Source of the DNA: a virus
Taxonomy: Duplodnaviria; Caudoviricetes
DNA: 48,395 nucleotides
Reading direction: 5' to 3' (one strand)
IMG/VR virus record: IMGVR_UViG_3300035002_000017
Coordinates: 1-48,395 of that record
A program made the translations under genes and the position numbers. The notes beneath the pieces were generated by a model, which was not told where the DNA came from, did no database searches, and saw only the letters and a list, made by a program, of their open reading frames with translations. This document shows positions 35,106-43,850 of the stretch, one piece after another; position 1 is the stretch's first letter, and the number at the start of each line of letters is the position of its first letter.

Positions 35106-36896
35106 TCAGAATAGCCATTGTTCGACGGCGGGGGCGTGAGCCTCGGCACTCATCCAAGCAGCAAAGGCATTGACGCAGGCGGCGGCTCCGTCGATTTTAT
35201 CCGGGGCGCGGCGGGGGTCTTTGGTGAGCTTGACGTTGCCGTTGGTGTCGGTGATGGGGACGGCATTTCGCATATTCCAGCGGATAATGGGGTTATGGCC
35301 GTGGTCGAAACGCTCTTGTAAAACAATGTCCCGGAAGGCGGCGGTTGGCCCGGTTAGCAGCGGCATGGTTTGACCGAGTTCGGTGCAGGGAATGCCCGCT
35401 TTTTCGAGGGCCAGCGCGGTGGACGTGGCGTTGAAGCGGTCAAAAAACAGGGAGGCAATGGGGTAGTTGACGTTCATTGCCCGGATGTCGGCTTCAATTT
35501 CGGTGGGGTCAATCACGTTGCCGTCGAGCATTCGGATGTACCCGGCCTGTTGCCAGTCGCGCAAGGAATGAAGGCCCGCCTGGATGCGGGCTTCAAACTT
35601 GTAGGCAGGAATCCAGTACCGCCAAATGGCCCGGAATTGGCCCGGCACGCGGAGCGGGGTGCGGACGTAGGCGATAAGGTCGCGTTTTTCGAGCATTTCC
35701 GCCGAATCGTGCCGCTGCCAGTCTTCGGGCGGGAAAAGTAGGCACAGGGAACAGAAATCAGAGGTTTGGCCCATATCCAGCCCCGCATAGCAGGTTTTGC
35801 CCCGCATTCCGGCCTCAAATTCTTCCCGCCACCGCTTACCCGAGTACCCTTCGGGCTTCTCTGACCCGGAGCGAACCCAAATTTGGTCGGGAATGAAGGT
35901 TTGTGGGGCGTCGCACCACCAGTTCAGGTTGAGGGTTTTGAAGTAAACAATGCCTTCTTCCCCGTTGATGATTTGGCGGTCACGCTCTTTGATTAGCTCT
36001 ACTATGTCAATAATCCCCCCTTCGCATAGCATCGGGTTTGATTTCTGCCACGTTTCGGGGTCGTCAAACTCTTCTTCGGAGTCCTGGGAATAAATCACAA
36101 CGAAGATGTCGTCGTTTATAATGCTGCCTTCCAAAATCGGCACGTACACCCTCCGCTCGGCTTCAAAACACGGCCAATCCTTGTGGCTGCCCCTGGTGGT
36201 TACGATGCTCAGGATGGAGTTCGGTTTCTTGATCAGCCCCGTTCGGAGCTTGTTTAGCATCGCGTCGGAATCAAATTCGTGGTATTCGTCAATCGTGGCG
36301 TAAGTCGGGCGGGTGCCGTCGGCGGTTTTGGGGTTGGAGGTGAGGAATTGAAATTTAGAATTGCGCTCCGGGCAAAAAATGGTCGTGGCCGTAGGCGACG
36401 GGAACACTTCGGACAAGTCCGGGGAGTTTTCGAGGATGTTTTTAGCGTCGGTGAAGGCGATTTTAGCCTGGTCTTCCTTTGTGGCCGAAACGTAAGCCTC
36501 GGCACCATACGGCCCGTCAATACAGAGGTGGTAGAGGATTTGCAGGGCTTCCAGGGGTGTTTTGCCTGAGCCTCTTGCACAGCTCTTATAGCGGTCGCGA
36601 AACCGCCGTTTGCCGTTCTCGGTCTGTCGCCACCCATAGAAGACGTAAAGCTCCCAAACCTGAAATGGGAACAGAAAAAACGGCGCGTCCGGCCCTAAGT
36701 TGCACAGACCCGCGAAGTCCACGATTCGCTGCCCCTCCTCATGGTCGAAATAAAGCCCCCGTTCCGCCCCGGTGCGCAAGTCCCGCCGCTGGCGTTCAAT
36801 GGCCAGTTTCAGCAGCCGCCCGGCGACAATCTTCCCGCTGAGTACGTCTTCCTCGTACTGCCAGGCTTGGCGGTTGTAGCCGTCGGGTCGGGTCAT
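35106..36896 (-). CDS. terL: Terminase large subunit
   Basis: Walker A ARGSGKT, Walker B IDEYHE, WQKSNP, GLDMG...D, KIDGAAA. Confidence 0.97.
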   Translation of the reverse strand: MTRPDGYNRQAWQYEEDVLSGKIVAGRLLKLAIERQRRDLRTGAERGLYFDHEEGQRIVDFAGLCNLGPDAPFFLFPFQVWELYVFYGWRQTENGKRRFRDRYKSCARGSGKTPLEALQILYHLCIDGPYGAEAYVSATKEDQAKIAFTDAKNILENSPDLSEVFPSPTATTIFCPERNSKFQFLTSNPKTADGTRPTYATIDEYHEFDSDAMLNKLRTGLIKKPNSILSIVTTRGSHKDWPCFEAERRVYVPILEGSIINDDIFVVIYSQDSEEEFDDPETWQKSNPMLCEGGIIDIVELIKERDRQIINGEEGIVYFKTLNLNWWCDAPQTFIPDQIWVRSGSEKPEGYSGKRWREEFEAGMRGKTCYAGLDMGQTSDFCSLCLLFPPEDWQRHDSAEMLEKRDLIAYVRTPLRVPGQFRAIWRYWIPAYKFEARIQAGLHSLRDWQQAGYIRMLDGNVIDPTEIEADIRAMNVNYPIASLFFDRFNATSTALALEKAGIPCTELGQTMPLLTGPTAAFRDIVLQERFDHGHNPIIRWNMRNAVPITDTNGNVKLTKDPRRAPDKIDGAAACVNAFAAWMSAEAHAPAVEQWLF

Positions 36897-37363
36897 TTCT
36901 TTTTCAGGGCGTCAAGTTTGGACTGCTTCTTTGGCGCGGCGGGAGAAAGGCGGGTGCGGTCGGCGGGGGTGAATCCGAATTTGGCTTCGAGTTGGCTGCA
37001 CGTGGCGGCGGCGCGGTCGCGGGCCTGCAACTCGTCGGAAAGTTTTGTCCATTTCAGGGCACCGTCTTCGTCGTAAAGGCCCGTGATGGCCCCGTGCTCT
37101 CGGATCACTTCGTCAAAAAACAAATAATCTTCGACGGCACGGCAGTAGCGATGCAGGGCAAAAAGGTCGGTGGCGGCAAGCATCCCGCGCTCAAGCAACC
37201 ATTGGCCGTTGGCGATCCAAACTTTTTGCCCGTTTTCACCCAGTTGAGCGGGCGGGTCGGGCACTTCGGCCAAAATCGCGGGCTGAATCTCGGCTTTGGC
37301 CCGGCTGGGTCGTTCGGTGCCCTTGAGTTGCTTAATCGCCGTCGGTACGGTGTTCGCTGGCAT
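36893..37363 (-). CDS. terS: Terminase small subunit (P27 family)
   Basis: PTAIKQLKGT.R...PP..L...G.K.W...D..AL.RYC...FGFTPADR.RL. Confidence 0.92.
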   Translation of the reverse strand: MPANTVPTAIKQLKGTERPSRAKAEIQPAILAEVPDPPAQLGENGQKVWIANGQWLLERGMLAATDLFALHRYCRAVEDYLFFDEVIREHGAITGLYDEDGALKWTKLSDELQARDRAAATCSQLEAKFGFTPADRTRLSPAAPKKQSKLDALKKK

Positions 37364-37670
37364 AACCCAACAGGTGAGCGGTTGAAAATCCCAGATACAG
37401 CCCCACCCGTGCGCCGGTCGGCTTGAACTTGACCTGAGCGGCCCCTTTCCAGTCTTTTTCCAATAGCAGTTTCTTTTTCAGGAAGTGGGCCTCCGCGTTG
37501 GGCGTGTCGGCGATGCGGTCGCGTGCCAAATTGATGCTGAGTTGAATTTCTTCGTCGTCAGCATCCCAGGCGCATTCTTCGTTCTCGCGGAAGTTCTTGA
37601 TGATTTCAACGTCCGAAAGGCCCGTTAAAACCATTTCCTCTAAAAGCTGAACGCGTTCGGCGGGGGTCAT
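37332..37670 (-). CDS. Hypothetical protein, possibly HTH-like
   Basis: 112-aa helical ORF overlapping the terS start. Confidence 0.65.
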   Translation of the reverse strand: MTPAERVQLLEEMVLTGLSDVEIIKNFRENEECAWDADDEEIQLSINLARDRIADTPNAEAHFLKKKLLLEKDWKGAAQVKFKPTGARVGLYLGFSTAHLLGYASEHRTDGD

Positions 37671-37695
37671 GGGGAGTTAAGGTTTAAGGCGATCG

Positions 37696-37830
37696 TCAGA
37701 ACGGCACGTCAGCGGGTTTGTATTCTTCTTCTTTTCGCTTGGGCTTGCGCTTGCTGGCCGATGATCCGCCTTTCTTTTTCCAATTTTTGATGTTTTGGGC
37801 TTTGCCCGAACCGTTTGAACCTGATGCCAT
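37696..37830 (-). CDS. 44-aa basic peptide ending in DVPF (not in ORF track)
   Basis: MASGSNGSGKAQNIKNWKKKGGSSASKRKPKRKEEEYKPADVPF*; preceded by the ACAATCAACTC leader motif; fills the gap between two genes. Confidence 0.7.
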   Translation of the reverse strand: MASGSNGSGKAQNIKNWKKKGGSSASKRKPKRKEEEYKPADVPF

Positions 37831-37844
37831 AGCGAGTTGATTGT

Positions 37845-38558
37845 TTAGGGTGAAACTGAATCAGATTGACCTGTTGCCGCCCGCCATGCGGTGTTGCGGC
37901 GAAGGGGCTTCTTTATTGTCTTAAAGCGTTCAATGATCCGGTTTTGGGTGGCTTCGTCGGCTTGGTTCAATTCCTTGCTCTCGTGAATGAAGAAATGTTC
38001 GATGCAGGCCGACGAACGCAGGTTGGCCGAGCCGCGTATGCCGATGTTCAGCCCTTCGTCAGTAGTAAACAAACACAGTTTGCAGTGAGAGGCGGCGACC
38101 GCGAGTTGAAACCGCCCGCTTTCGGCCCCCAGGGTTTCGTAAATGTACGGAATTAACCCGTGCCGTTCGTGGGCGAACTGGTAGGCCGAAATCACCAAAT
38201 CCAAATTATCCACAAACCCGCCGTTCAACAGACTCGCCAAACTGTCCACGTTGTTCTGGCTCATCGAAAGCGTTGAAATCAACAGCCGCCCCGTGTGGTA
38301 GTTGTGTTCAACGAACAATGCCTCGATGAAATCGCCAAACTCAAAGTTCCCGCTCAGGTAGTGATACGAGGCGTGTCCCGGCTGAATCTGGATGCCCCTT
38401 GCCATTGCCGCTGCTTTCTCGTAAAACAGTTCGTGTTCATCGTAATCCGGCACGTGCGGCGGCTTGATGAACCAGGATTCATTTTCAAAGCTACGCAGCG
38501 GGTTTTGGCTGGTGGCCTTGAAGAGGTTGGGGTCGAAGGAAACGGTCAGGAAATCCAA
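37845..38558 (-). CDS. Phospholipase-D-fold (HKD-like) protein, putative nuclease
   Basis: SHCKLCLF...IRGSANLRSS..IE; start uncertain (TTG). Confidence 0.75.
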   Translation of the reverse strand: MDFLTVSFDPNLFKATSQNPLRSFENESWFIKPPHVPDYDEHELFYEKAAAMARGIQIQPGHASYHYLSGNFEFGDFIEALFVEHNYHTGRLLISTLSMSQNNVDSLASLLNGGFVDNLDLVISAYQFAHERHGLIPYIYETLGAESGRFQLAVAASHCKLCLFTTDEGLNIGIRGSANLRSSACIEHFFIHESKELNQADEATQNRIIERFKTIKKPLRRNTAWRAATGQSDSVSP

Positions 38559-38584
38559 CGGGGGTATGGGGGTCTGATGAGGAT

Positions 38585-38650
38585 GGGATTTTTCTTGGGT
38601 GGGTCAGCGGTAGACAAGGGGTCGAGGCTCAGAGCTTACCCCTCCCCCTG
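38585..38650 (-). other. Candidate cos/packaging site
   Basis: GGGGAGGGG...ACCGCTGACCCACCC...AAAAAT between the HNH gene and terS, where HK97-like cos sites lie; positional inference. Confidence 0.35.
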
Positions 38651-38854
38651 GGGTGCCGGTTCTGTCTCCATAAACACGCGCAGGGTAAGCGTCAGGAAAT
38701 GGTCTCCTTCATCAGCCCTCCACGCAACGCCGCCGTCGTGCAACACACGCAGCCGCTTACCCGCCGCCTTCAGAACAATACTCCCGTCCGCCGCCTGAAC
38801 AACCGATGGTATTTTAATTTCAACGTCCTTTCGGGGTGGGGTTAGTGCGGCCAT
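38636..38854 (-). CDS. Hypothetical protein
   Basis: ATG 38854 just after the HNH stop; 72 aa. Confidence 0.6.
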   Translation of the reverse strand: MAALTPPRKDVEIKIPSVVQAADGSIVLKAAGKRLRVLHDGGVAWRADEGDHFLTLTLRVFMETEPAPQGEG

Positions 38855-38858
38855 TGTT

Positions 38859-39176
38859 TTACCGGTTTTGGGTGGTTCGCTCTCTTCTGGATTTACGCGC
38901 ATGGCAGGTATCGCAGAGGCACTCCAGGTTCTCGTCGTCGTCCGTGCCGCCTTGCCTTCGGGGTATTTTGTGATCCACGTTGATTCCGTACACGGTCGGG
39001 TCGCCATTGCGTAGGCATTCCTGACACCGGCGCTTATCCCGCACACGGACGGCCTCGCTTCGCCTCTTCCAGTACCCCGAACCGTAATACTTGACTTCCT
39101 CCGGCGTCTTACCCCGGCTGGCGGTTTCCTTTGCCTTCGGGTACTTCGGCCCCTTGATGCGTTCGAGGTAGGGCAT
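38859..39176 (-). CDS. HNH endonuclease (HK97 gp74-like terminase accessory)
   Basis: YY.S..WKR....RD...CQEC...VDHKIP..QGG.DD.ENL..LC..CH.RK; upstream of terS. Confidence 0.92.
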   Translation of the reverse strand: MPYLERIKGPKYPKAKETASRGKTPEEVKYYGSGYWKRRSEAVRVRDKRRCQECLRNGDPTVYGINVDHKIPRRQGGTDDDENLECLCDTCHARKSRRERTTQNR

Positions 39177-39178
39177 GG

Positions 39179-39637
39179 CTATTCCGGTTCGCGTTTCGTC
39201 CATTCCAACAGCGCCTCCATAAAGGCGGGAACCTGTCCTTCGGTTACTGTCAGTGTCACTTCTTCGCAATCCTTTGCGCCCTCATCCCAATACCCACTAA
39301 TCCTGAATCGATACACCTCCGTATCACCAAACGCCACAAAGAAGGCCCCGCGAATGCTCGTTCCCCAATCAATCGCCTTCGAGAGAAAAGGCGCGTTGAC
39401 CATCAAAAGGAAGTTCACGTATTGCTCCCGCTGTTCGATGTATTGGAAAGTGGTTCCGTCGAGAATGCACCGCACGACCTCCAGCATCTTGCCTGCCAAA
39501 TGCTCGTCCATTTCTTCGTCGTACGTCGTGAAGCCGAACACCACGCCGCCCAAAAAGGCAAGGCGCGAACACGGTTCGGAATCCGTCATCGCGTTGTGGT
39601 ATTGGTAGATTGCTTCCAGTTGGTCAGGGTAGGTCAT
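39179..39637 (-). CDS. Hypothetical phage protein
   Basis: 152 aa; VFGFTTYD...DWGTSIRGAFF. Confidence 0.8.
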   Translation of the reverse strand: MTYPDQLEAIYQYHNAMTDSEPCSRLAFLGGVVFGFTTYDEEMDEHLAGKMLEVVRCILDGTTFQYIEQREQYVNFLLMVNAPFLSKAIDWGTSIRGAFFVAFGDTEVYRFRISGYWDEGAKDCEEVTLTVTEGQVPAFMEALLEWTKREPE

Positions 39638-39640
39638 GGG

Positions 39641-39862
39641 CTAAAGCGCTTCCAATTGGTTTTCGTACTCCGCCTTCCGCCGGCGAAGCCCTTCCGTCAC
39701 AACCTCCAACACCTTCGCCCGCGTTGCTTCGTCCATGCTGATGTTGTCGCCATAGCGGGACCTCACCTCATGCCCGCCGCTCTCAATCGCCGCAATCTCG
39801 CGTTCAAGTTGGGTGATAAACCGGTCAAGCCGTTCGGCTTCTTTGATGTTTTCGCGTTTCAT
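39641..39862 (-). CDS. Hypothetical coiled-coil protein
   Basis: 73 aa in the packed train. Confidence 0.7.
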   Translation of the reverse strand: MKRENIKEAERLDRFITQLEREIAAIESGGHEVRSRYGDNISMDEATRAKVLEVVTEGLRRRKAEYENQLEAL

Positions 39863-39875
39863 GGGTCAGCATGGC

Positions 39876-40217
39876 TTAGTGCATACTATCAATTTCCCTT
39901 GAATCCGGGAACGGGTCTTTCCCTTCCCGGATTACACGGTCAGCGGGCGGTTCGGGCGGCGGGGGCGGAGCGTTCAATGTGGCACTCACTTCGGCAACCT
40001 GACCCAAGAACCGGGCGGTTGTGTCTCCGGGTTCTGCAATCAATTCATCGACTATTTGCCCCATTCGTTTGCGAATCATACTAGAAAGCCGGGACAGGTC
40101 GGCGTACCTTTGCTCGCGTTGCGGGGATGACGAAGGGCGCAGCACCTGTTGGACTTCTTGTTCAACAAATTCCCGAAGCGCCCAAAGGTCAGCAGGGGAA
40201 AGGTTATCGAGTTTCAT
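39876..40217 (-). CDS. Hypothetical protein
   Basis: 113 aa in the packed train. Confidence 0.65.
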   Translation of the reverse strand: MKLDNLSPADLWALREFVEQEVQQVLRPSSSPQREQRYADLSRLSSMIRKRMGQIVDELIAEPGDTTARFLGQVAEVSATLNAPPPPPEPPADRVIREGKDPFPDSREIDSMH

Positions 40218-40419
40218 GGGCTTCGTTTTGATTCATCCGTTCCCCCAGCACCCGAACCACCTCCGGCCCGGCCTGTTCCACCGCCCGCGCAACCGCTTCA
40301 CAGTTCCGCACCAGCGCCGCACCGATAGCATCCACGGCCCGGCTCAGTAGTTCCGCGCTCTGGCAAATCGCTTCCTCCGGCGTCATGCCGTGTTTCTCGG
40401 TGAATTCTTGGCGGGTCAT
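40204..40419 (-). CDS. Hypothetical protein
   Basis: 71 aa in the packed train. Confidence 0.65.
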   Translation of the reverse strand: MTRQEFTEKHGMTPEEAICQSAELLSRAVDAIGAALVRNCEAVARAVEQAGPEVVRVLGERMNQNEAHETR

Positions 40420-40423
40420 GGCT

Positions 40424-40717
40424 TTAGTGTCCTACGAAAATCCGCATTTCGTGCGGGGGTTGCTGCGTTCCCCAAAAGAAAACAAGGTAGCTGCCTTCAC
40501 GGTAAAACCATTGCCCCGGCCAAATCTGCACCGTATCGCCATTAACGGTTATTTTGAACGTGTGGCGGGGCGGGAAATCGGTGGTTACTTCGTGACTGAA
40601 TCCGGTCGCGCCAAGCAAAAGCAACACTTCAAGGCTTTCGCGCGATCCGTCGAAAAGAATCGCCGTTTCCGGGCTACGGGCGGTGAGGGCTTGGGTACGG
40701 AGTTCTTCGGGTGTCAT
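40424..40717 (-). CDS. Hypothetical protein
   Basis: 97 aa, ATGA-coupled. Confidence 0.65.
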   Translation of the reverse strand: MTPEELRTQALTARSPETAILFDGSRESLEVLLLLGATGFSHEVTTDFPPRHTFKITVNGDTVQIWPGQWFYREGSYLVFFWGTQQPPHEMRIFVGH

Positions 40718-40932
40718 GCTTCAGACCTGTTTTTCTGTACATCCTCCCAATCCCAAACGATTTGCCGGGTTTGGCAATCGAAAACGTAGCGGTATTCCCG
40801 GAAACTATCCACCGCCGCCGCGATCGCATCGTTTAAATCGTCAAATTCCCCGTCAACGTCACCAAGCCCGCCCGAAGGGTAGTATTCGGGAAATCCAAAA
40901 AGCAGGAACCGTTTGAAGGTTTTGGTTTCCAT
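40714..40932 (-). CDS. Hypothetical phage protein
   Basis: KRFLLF...YYPSGGLGD...FD motif; ATG 40932. Confidence 0.75.
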   Translation of the reverse strand: METKTFKRFLLFGFPEYYPSGGLGDVDGEFDDLNDAIAAAVDSFREYRYVFDCQTRQIVWDWEDVQKNRSEA

Positions 40933-40934
40933 GT

Positions 40935-41357
40935 TCAAAGACTAGTTTCCAGTTCAAGCCCTTCGCTCACGGCGAAAAACCAGTTCTGTAATTGATGCAC
41001 GAAGAATAACTGAGTAGTTAAGACGGTTTTCGTAACGAAAGCCGGTTGCAAGTAAGCGCAAAACGCGCCTGGGCCGGAACGAAAATCAACCAGTTTCACC
41101 CCGCCCTGATACCCATATTCTTTGACAAAAACCCCTTGTTTTTCGTCAAAGACGAACCCCGCCGCCAGGACAATTTCCGGGGTCAGGGGGATGGGGTCGA
41201 GAAATTCGGGCTCAAACGTAGCGTTGCAATCGCATTCAATGGCGGGCGCTGAATTCGGCCCACAACGCCAGATGCCGGTTACTTCCTGAATCCGGGGGTT
41301 TTCGGCGGATTGGGATTGAAGCAGGTTGCCGAGTCTCAATTCCTTCGGGTCGATCAT
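40935..41357 (-). CDS. Bacteroidota-phage conserved protein (YopX-like)
   Basis: ELRLGN...PIPLTPEI...GF...VHQLQN.FF....EL pattern. Confidence 0.75.
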   Translation of the reverse strand: MIDPKELRLGNLLQSQSAENPRIQEVTGIWRCGPNSAPAIECDCNATFEPEFLDPIPLTPEIVLAAGFVFDEKQGVFVKEYGYQGGVKLVDFRSGPGAFCAYLQPAFVTKTVLTTQLFFVHQLQNWFFAVSEGLELETSL

Positions 41358-41419
41358 GGCGTTAATTTAACGGGTTTCAACGACTTACGCAAATCCTGAC
41401 GCTCTGTCATCAACGCGCG

Positions 41420-41647
41420 TCACGCATCGGGGTAGGCCCGAACCAAAGCAAAAGCCATCCCCAGCGAAAACCCGGCCTTGCGGTAGGTGACTTTCACCAG
41501 ATGCTGACGACTGACTTTCATCTTCCGGGCAACCTCCGAAAGGCTCCGTTCGCGTTCAATCGCCCTACTGAGTTTGGCGTGTAGTTCATCGGCCAAGTGT
41601 GCTTCATCGCGAATGTAGGCCGCAAAGCGGACGGGTTGGGGGTTCAT
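41420..41647 (-). CDS. Small HTH DNA-binding protein
   Basis: SLSEVARKMKVSRQHLVKV HTH signature. Confidence 0.7.
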   Translation of the reverse strand: MNPQPVRFAAYIRDEAHLADELHAKLSRAIERERSLSEVARKMKVSRQHLVKVTYRKAGFSLGMAFALVRAYPDA

Positions 41648-41818
41648 GGGCTGAGGTTATAAAGTGCGGCCCGAATATGGAAAAGAAACACCCGCCCGCA
41701 AAACAGGCGGGGTTTCTGCCAACTTATAACCTCTAACCTATCGGCATGGAACCGATATTGTCGTTAATCGGGCGTGTCGGCCTTTCTATTCGGGCATGGC
41801 CACGGCTTGGCGGGTTGT

Positions 41819-42043
41819 TTAGCCAAACAAAGCCTCTAAAAACCCTTTTCGCTTTGGTTTTTCGACGAAGACACAAAGTTCCTGCTTTCCATCTTCTGCA
41901 TTAATTGCACGGCCAACAACGCGATACGGATGGGAAGCAGAATTAAGAAGAAGAAGGTCGCCGTTGTGAATTGAACCAGGCAAAATACCTCGCAACTCGG
42001 CGATAGTTTTCTGGGTTTTTACATCAAAAAGTGTAATTCTCAT
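41819..42043 (-). CDS. Hypothetical protein
   Basis: 74 aa, AT-rich. Confidence 0.7.
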   Translation of the reverse strand: MRITLFDVKTQKTIAELRGILPGSIHNGDLLLLNSASHPYRVVGRAINAEDGKQELCVFVEKPKRKGFLEALFG

Positions 42044-42055
42044 GGTCTTAATTGA

Positions 42056-42241
42056 TTAATACGCCGGACTCACACTTTCCACGCCGTTTGTGGTGGTGGG
42101 GTCGGTTAGGGCATTGGCCTGAACATAGCGCACGGCGTTGGTGATGAGTTTCCTCTTCCTTTCGCACTCCCCACACTTCGTCCACCCGCACACCGGGCAG
42201 GCGTTCCATTGGGGGTTCAGGGGTTTGGGTGGGTGGGTCAT
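42056..42241 (-). CDS. Small zinc-finger protein
   Basis: CPVCGWTKCGEC; ATGA-coupled. Confidence 0.6.
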   Translation of the reverse strand: MTHPPKPLNPQWNACPVCGWTKCGECERKRKLITNAVRYVQANALTDPTTTNGVESVSPAY

Positions 42242-42423
42242 GGGGTGGGGTCAGAATCGGGCACCGTGTCAATCAGGGCAACGATTTGCTGACAAACCGC
42301 TTTCATGCCCAAAAGCCAATCCCTTTCCCGGTCGCTGCCAGTGTCGGCAACAAACCAGTAATCGTGGTGCATTTTAACGGATTGGCATAACTCAGATAGT
42401 TTGGACTCTTGTTCTGGTGTCAT
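42238..42423 (-). CDS. Hypothetical protein
   Basis: 61 aa, ATGA-coupled on both sides. Confidence 0.65.
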   Translation of the reverse strand: MTPEQESKLSELCQSVKMHHDYWFVADTGSDRERDWLLGMKAVCQQIVALIDTVPDSDPTP

Positions 42424-42851
42424 TGCTCAGGATTCAAATACCCATTCACCTCCTCAATAAACGCCTCCACCGACCGGCACACGGCGCACTTGTAGCCGTG
42501 GGATTGAAGGTAGGCGATTCGTTCGCGTTGAACCGGTGACAAACTACCCGTGTCGGTTTTCATCTCGAAAAAAGCCCCGTGGTAGCCGCCGGATGGCACG
42601 GCAAGCATTAAATCCGGTATGCCCGGAGTCTGGCCCTCATCGCGTAAATACGCCCCCGTGATGGCATCCCTACGCCCGCCGTTGGGGACGCTGAACAAAA
42701 GGTATTTCGGCCATTGCGCCCGAAACCACCGGACGCAGGCGACTTGTAGCTTGTGTTCCCGGTTGCGGGGTTTGGCGTTGATGCGGCCCGTTCGTTTGCC
42801 GTAGGGGGCGTACGGCGCGGGCGGCTGGTAGGTTGTGGGTAGGTCGGTCAT
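42420..42851 (-). CDS. VRR-NUC domain nuclease (putative Holliday junction resolvase)
   Basis: EHKLQ.ACV.WFR...FSVPNGG.R...GIPDL...FFEMKT..G.LS..Q. Confidence 0.92.
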   Translation of the reverse strand: MTDLPTTYQPPAPYAPYGKRTGRINAKPRNREHKLQVACVRWFRAQWPKYLLFSVPNGGRRDAITGAYLRDEGQTPGIPDLMLAVPSGGYHGAFFEMKTDTGSLSPVQRERIAYLQSHGYKCAVCRSVEAFIEEVNGYLNPEQ

Positions 42852-42861
42852 GGTTTTCGTG

Positions 42862-43062
42862 TCAATCTGTCAGGTATCGAATGATTTCCGCGACCTCGTT
42901 TTTGTCTGCCAGCCGAAGCCGCGCCGGGGGAAAGCCCGTCGGTTCCGTGTCTCTGATTTCCCCCGAAGGGGTCAGGTAGCCGCGTTGAACGGTGTGCTCG
43001 AAAATCGAACGGAACTCAACGAGCTTCCAATCCGGCTGAATCTTGCTTTTGCGGTGCGGCAT
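42862..43062 (-). CDS. Hypothetical protein
   Basis: 66 aa fills the gap. Confidence 0.55.
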   Translation of the reverse strand: MPHRKSKIQPDWKLVEFRSIFEHTVQRGYLTPSGEIRDTEPTGFPPARLRLADKNEVAEIIRYLTD

Positions 43063-43354
43063 TTTGTCGGTGGTTTAGCATTTCACGAAGTGCCTTGTTT
43101 TCAGTTTGCAGGAGCAGGAACGCGCCCGCCGTGTAGCCCGCGTACAGGCTACCCAAGCCCTCCTCCAATCGTCGAAGCAGGCTGATCGGGCCGTACCCTT
43201 CATCGTCGCAATGGGCGTCCCAGTGCTCTTTGAGTTCTTCGGCGGCGGCAACCATCACCGTTTTCAAGGCGGTGATTTTGTCGTCCTTTTTCTTGAGTTC
43301 GTCCATGAGGTGCTGAATGCGTTCCTCGGCGAAATCTTCGCGGGTCTTGTTCAT
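43016..43354 (-). CDS. Hypothetical protein
   Basis: 112 aa; HWDAHCDDEGYGP. Confidence 0.7.
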   Translation of the reverse strand: MNKTREDFAEERIQHLMDELKKKDDKITALKTVMVAAAEELKEHWDAHCDDEGYGPISLLRRLEEGLGSLYAGYTAGAFLLLQTENKALREMLNHRQNAAPQKQDSAGLEAR

Positions 43355-43520
43355 GGCTTTGCTTTATTTCCCCTCCCCACCCACCACAGCACCACCAGAA
43401 TCGGAAGCCAAAGCAGCCCGAGCAGCACCTTTTCGCCGGGCTTGTCCGGGGTTTTGGCCCAGACCAACAGGCCCCAGACGAAAAGGGCGATGAGGGCGTA
43501 GAGGGTGAGGGGTAGGGCAT
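43351..43520 (-). pseudogene. Two-TM membrane protein gene with a 1-nt frameshift near its start
   Basis: ATG 43520 is one base out of frame with LTLYALIALFVWGLLVW...VLLGLLWLPILVVLWWVG..KP*, whose stop overlaps the next ATG; C4 run at 43509-43512. Confidence 0.55.
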
Positions 43521-43523
43521 GGG

Positions 43524-43850
43524 TTAGTGTTTGTTGCGGTTCCGTTCGGCTTCCGCCAACGACTTTTCGAGGTACTCGCTGAACTTGCTTTTGGCGGGGC
43601 CTGTCTGGCTTCTGCCAATCAATTCATTCAGCCGCTTTTCGCTTTCCTTCGCTTTCCGGTATTGCCCGGTTACCGCGATGGCAATAAGTGCGAGGGCGAA
43701 CAGAAATGGCCCCCACAGCGGGGCTGTTACCCACCACCACGACCAATCGGCGACAATGCCGATTCCGGCAAGTTTGAAAACAAGGAACACAAGGAACAGG
43801 ATTCCGAAGAACCCGATGCCGCCCGACGTAGAGTTTGATTTTTCAGCCAT
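43524..43850 (-). CDS. Two-TM phage membrane protein
   Basis: GIGFFGILFLVFLVFKLAG...WSWWWVTAPLWGP pattern. Confidence 0.85.
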   Translation of the reverse strand: MAEKSNSTSGGIGFFGILFLVFLVFKLAGIGIVADWSWWWVTAPLWGPFLFALALIAIAVTGQYRKAKESEKRLNELIGRSQTGPAKSKFSEYLEKSLAEAERNRNKH

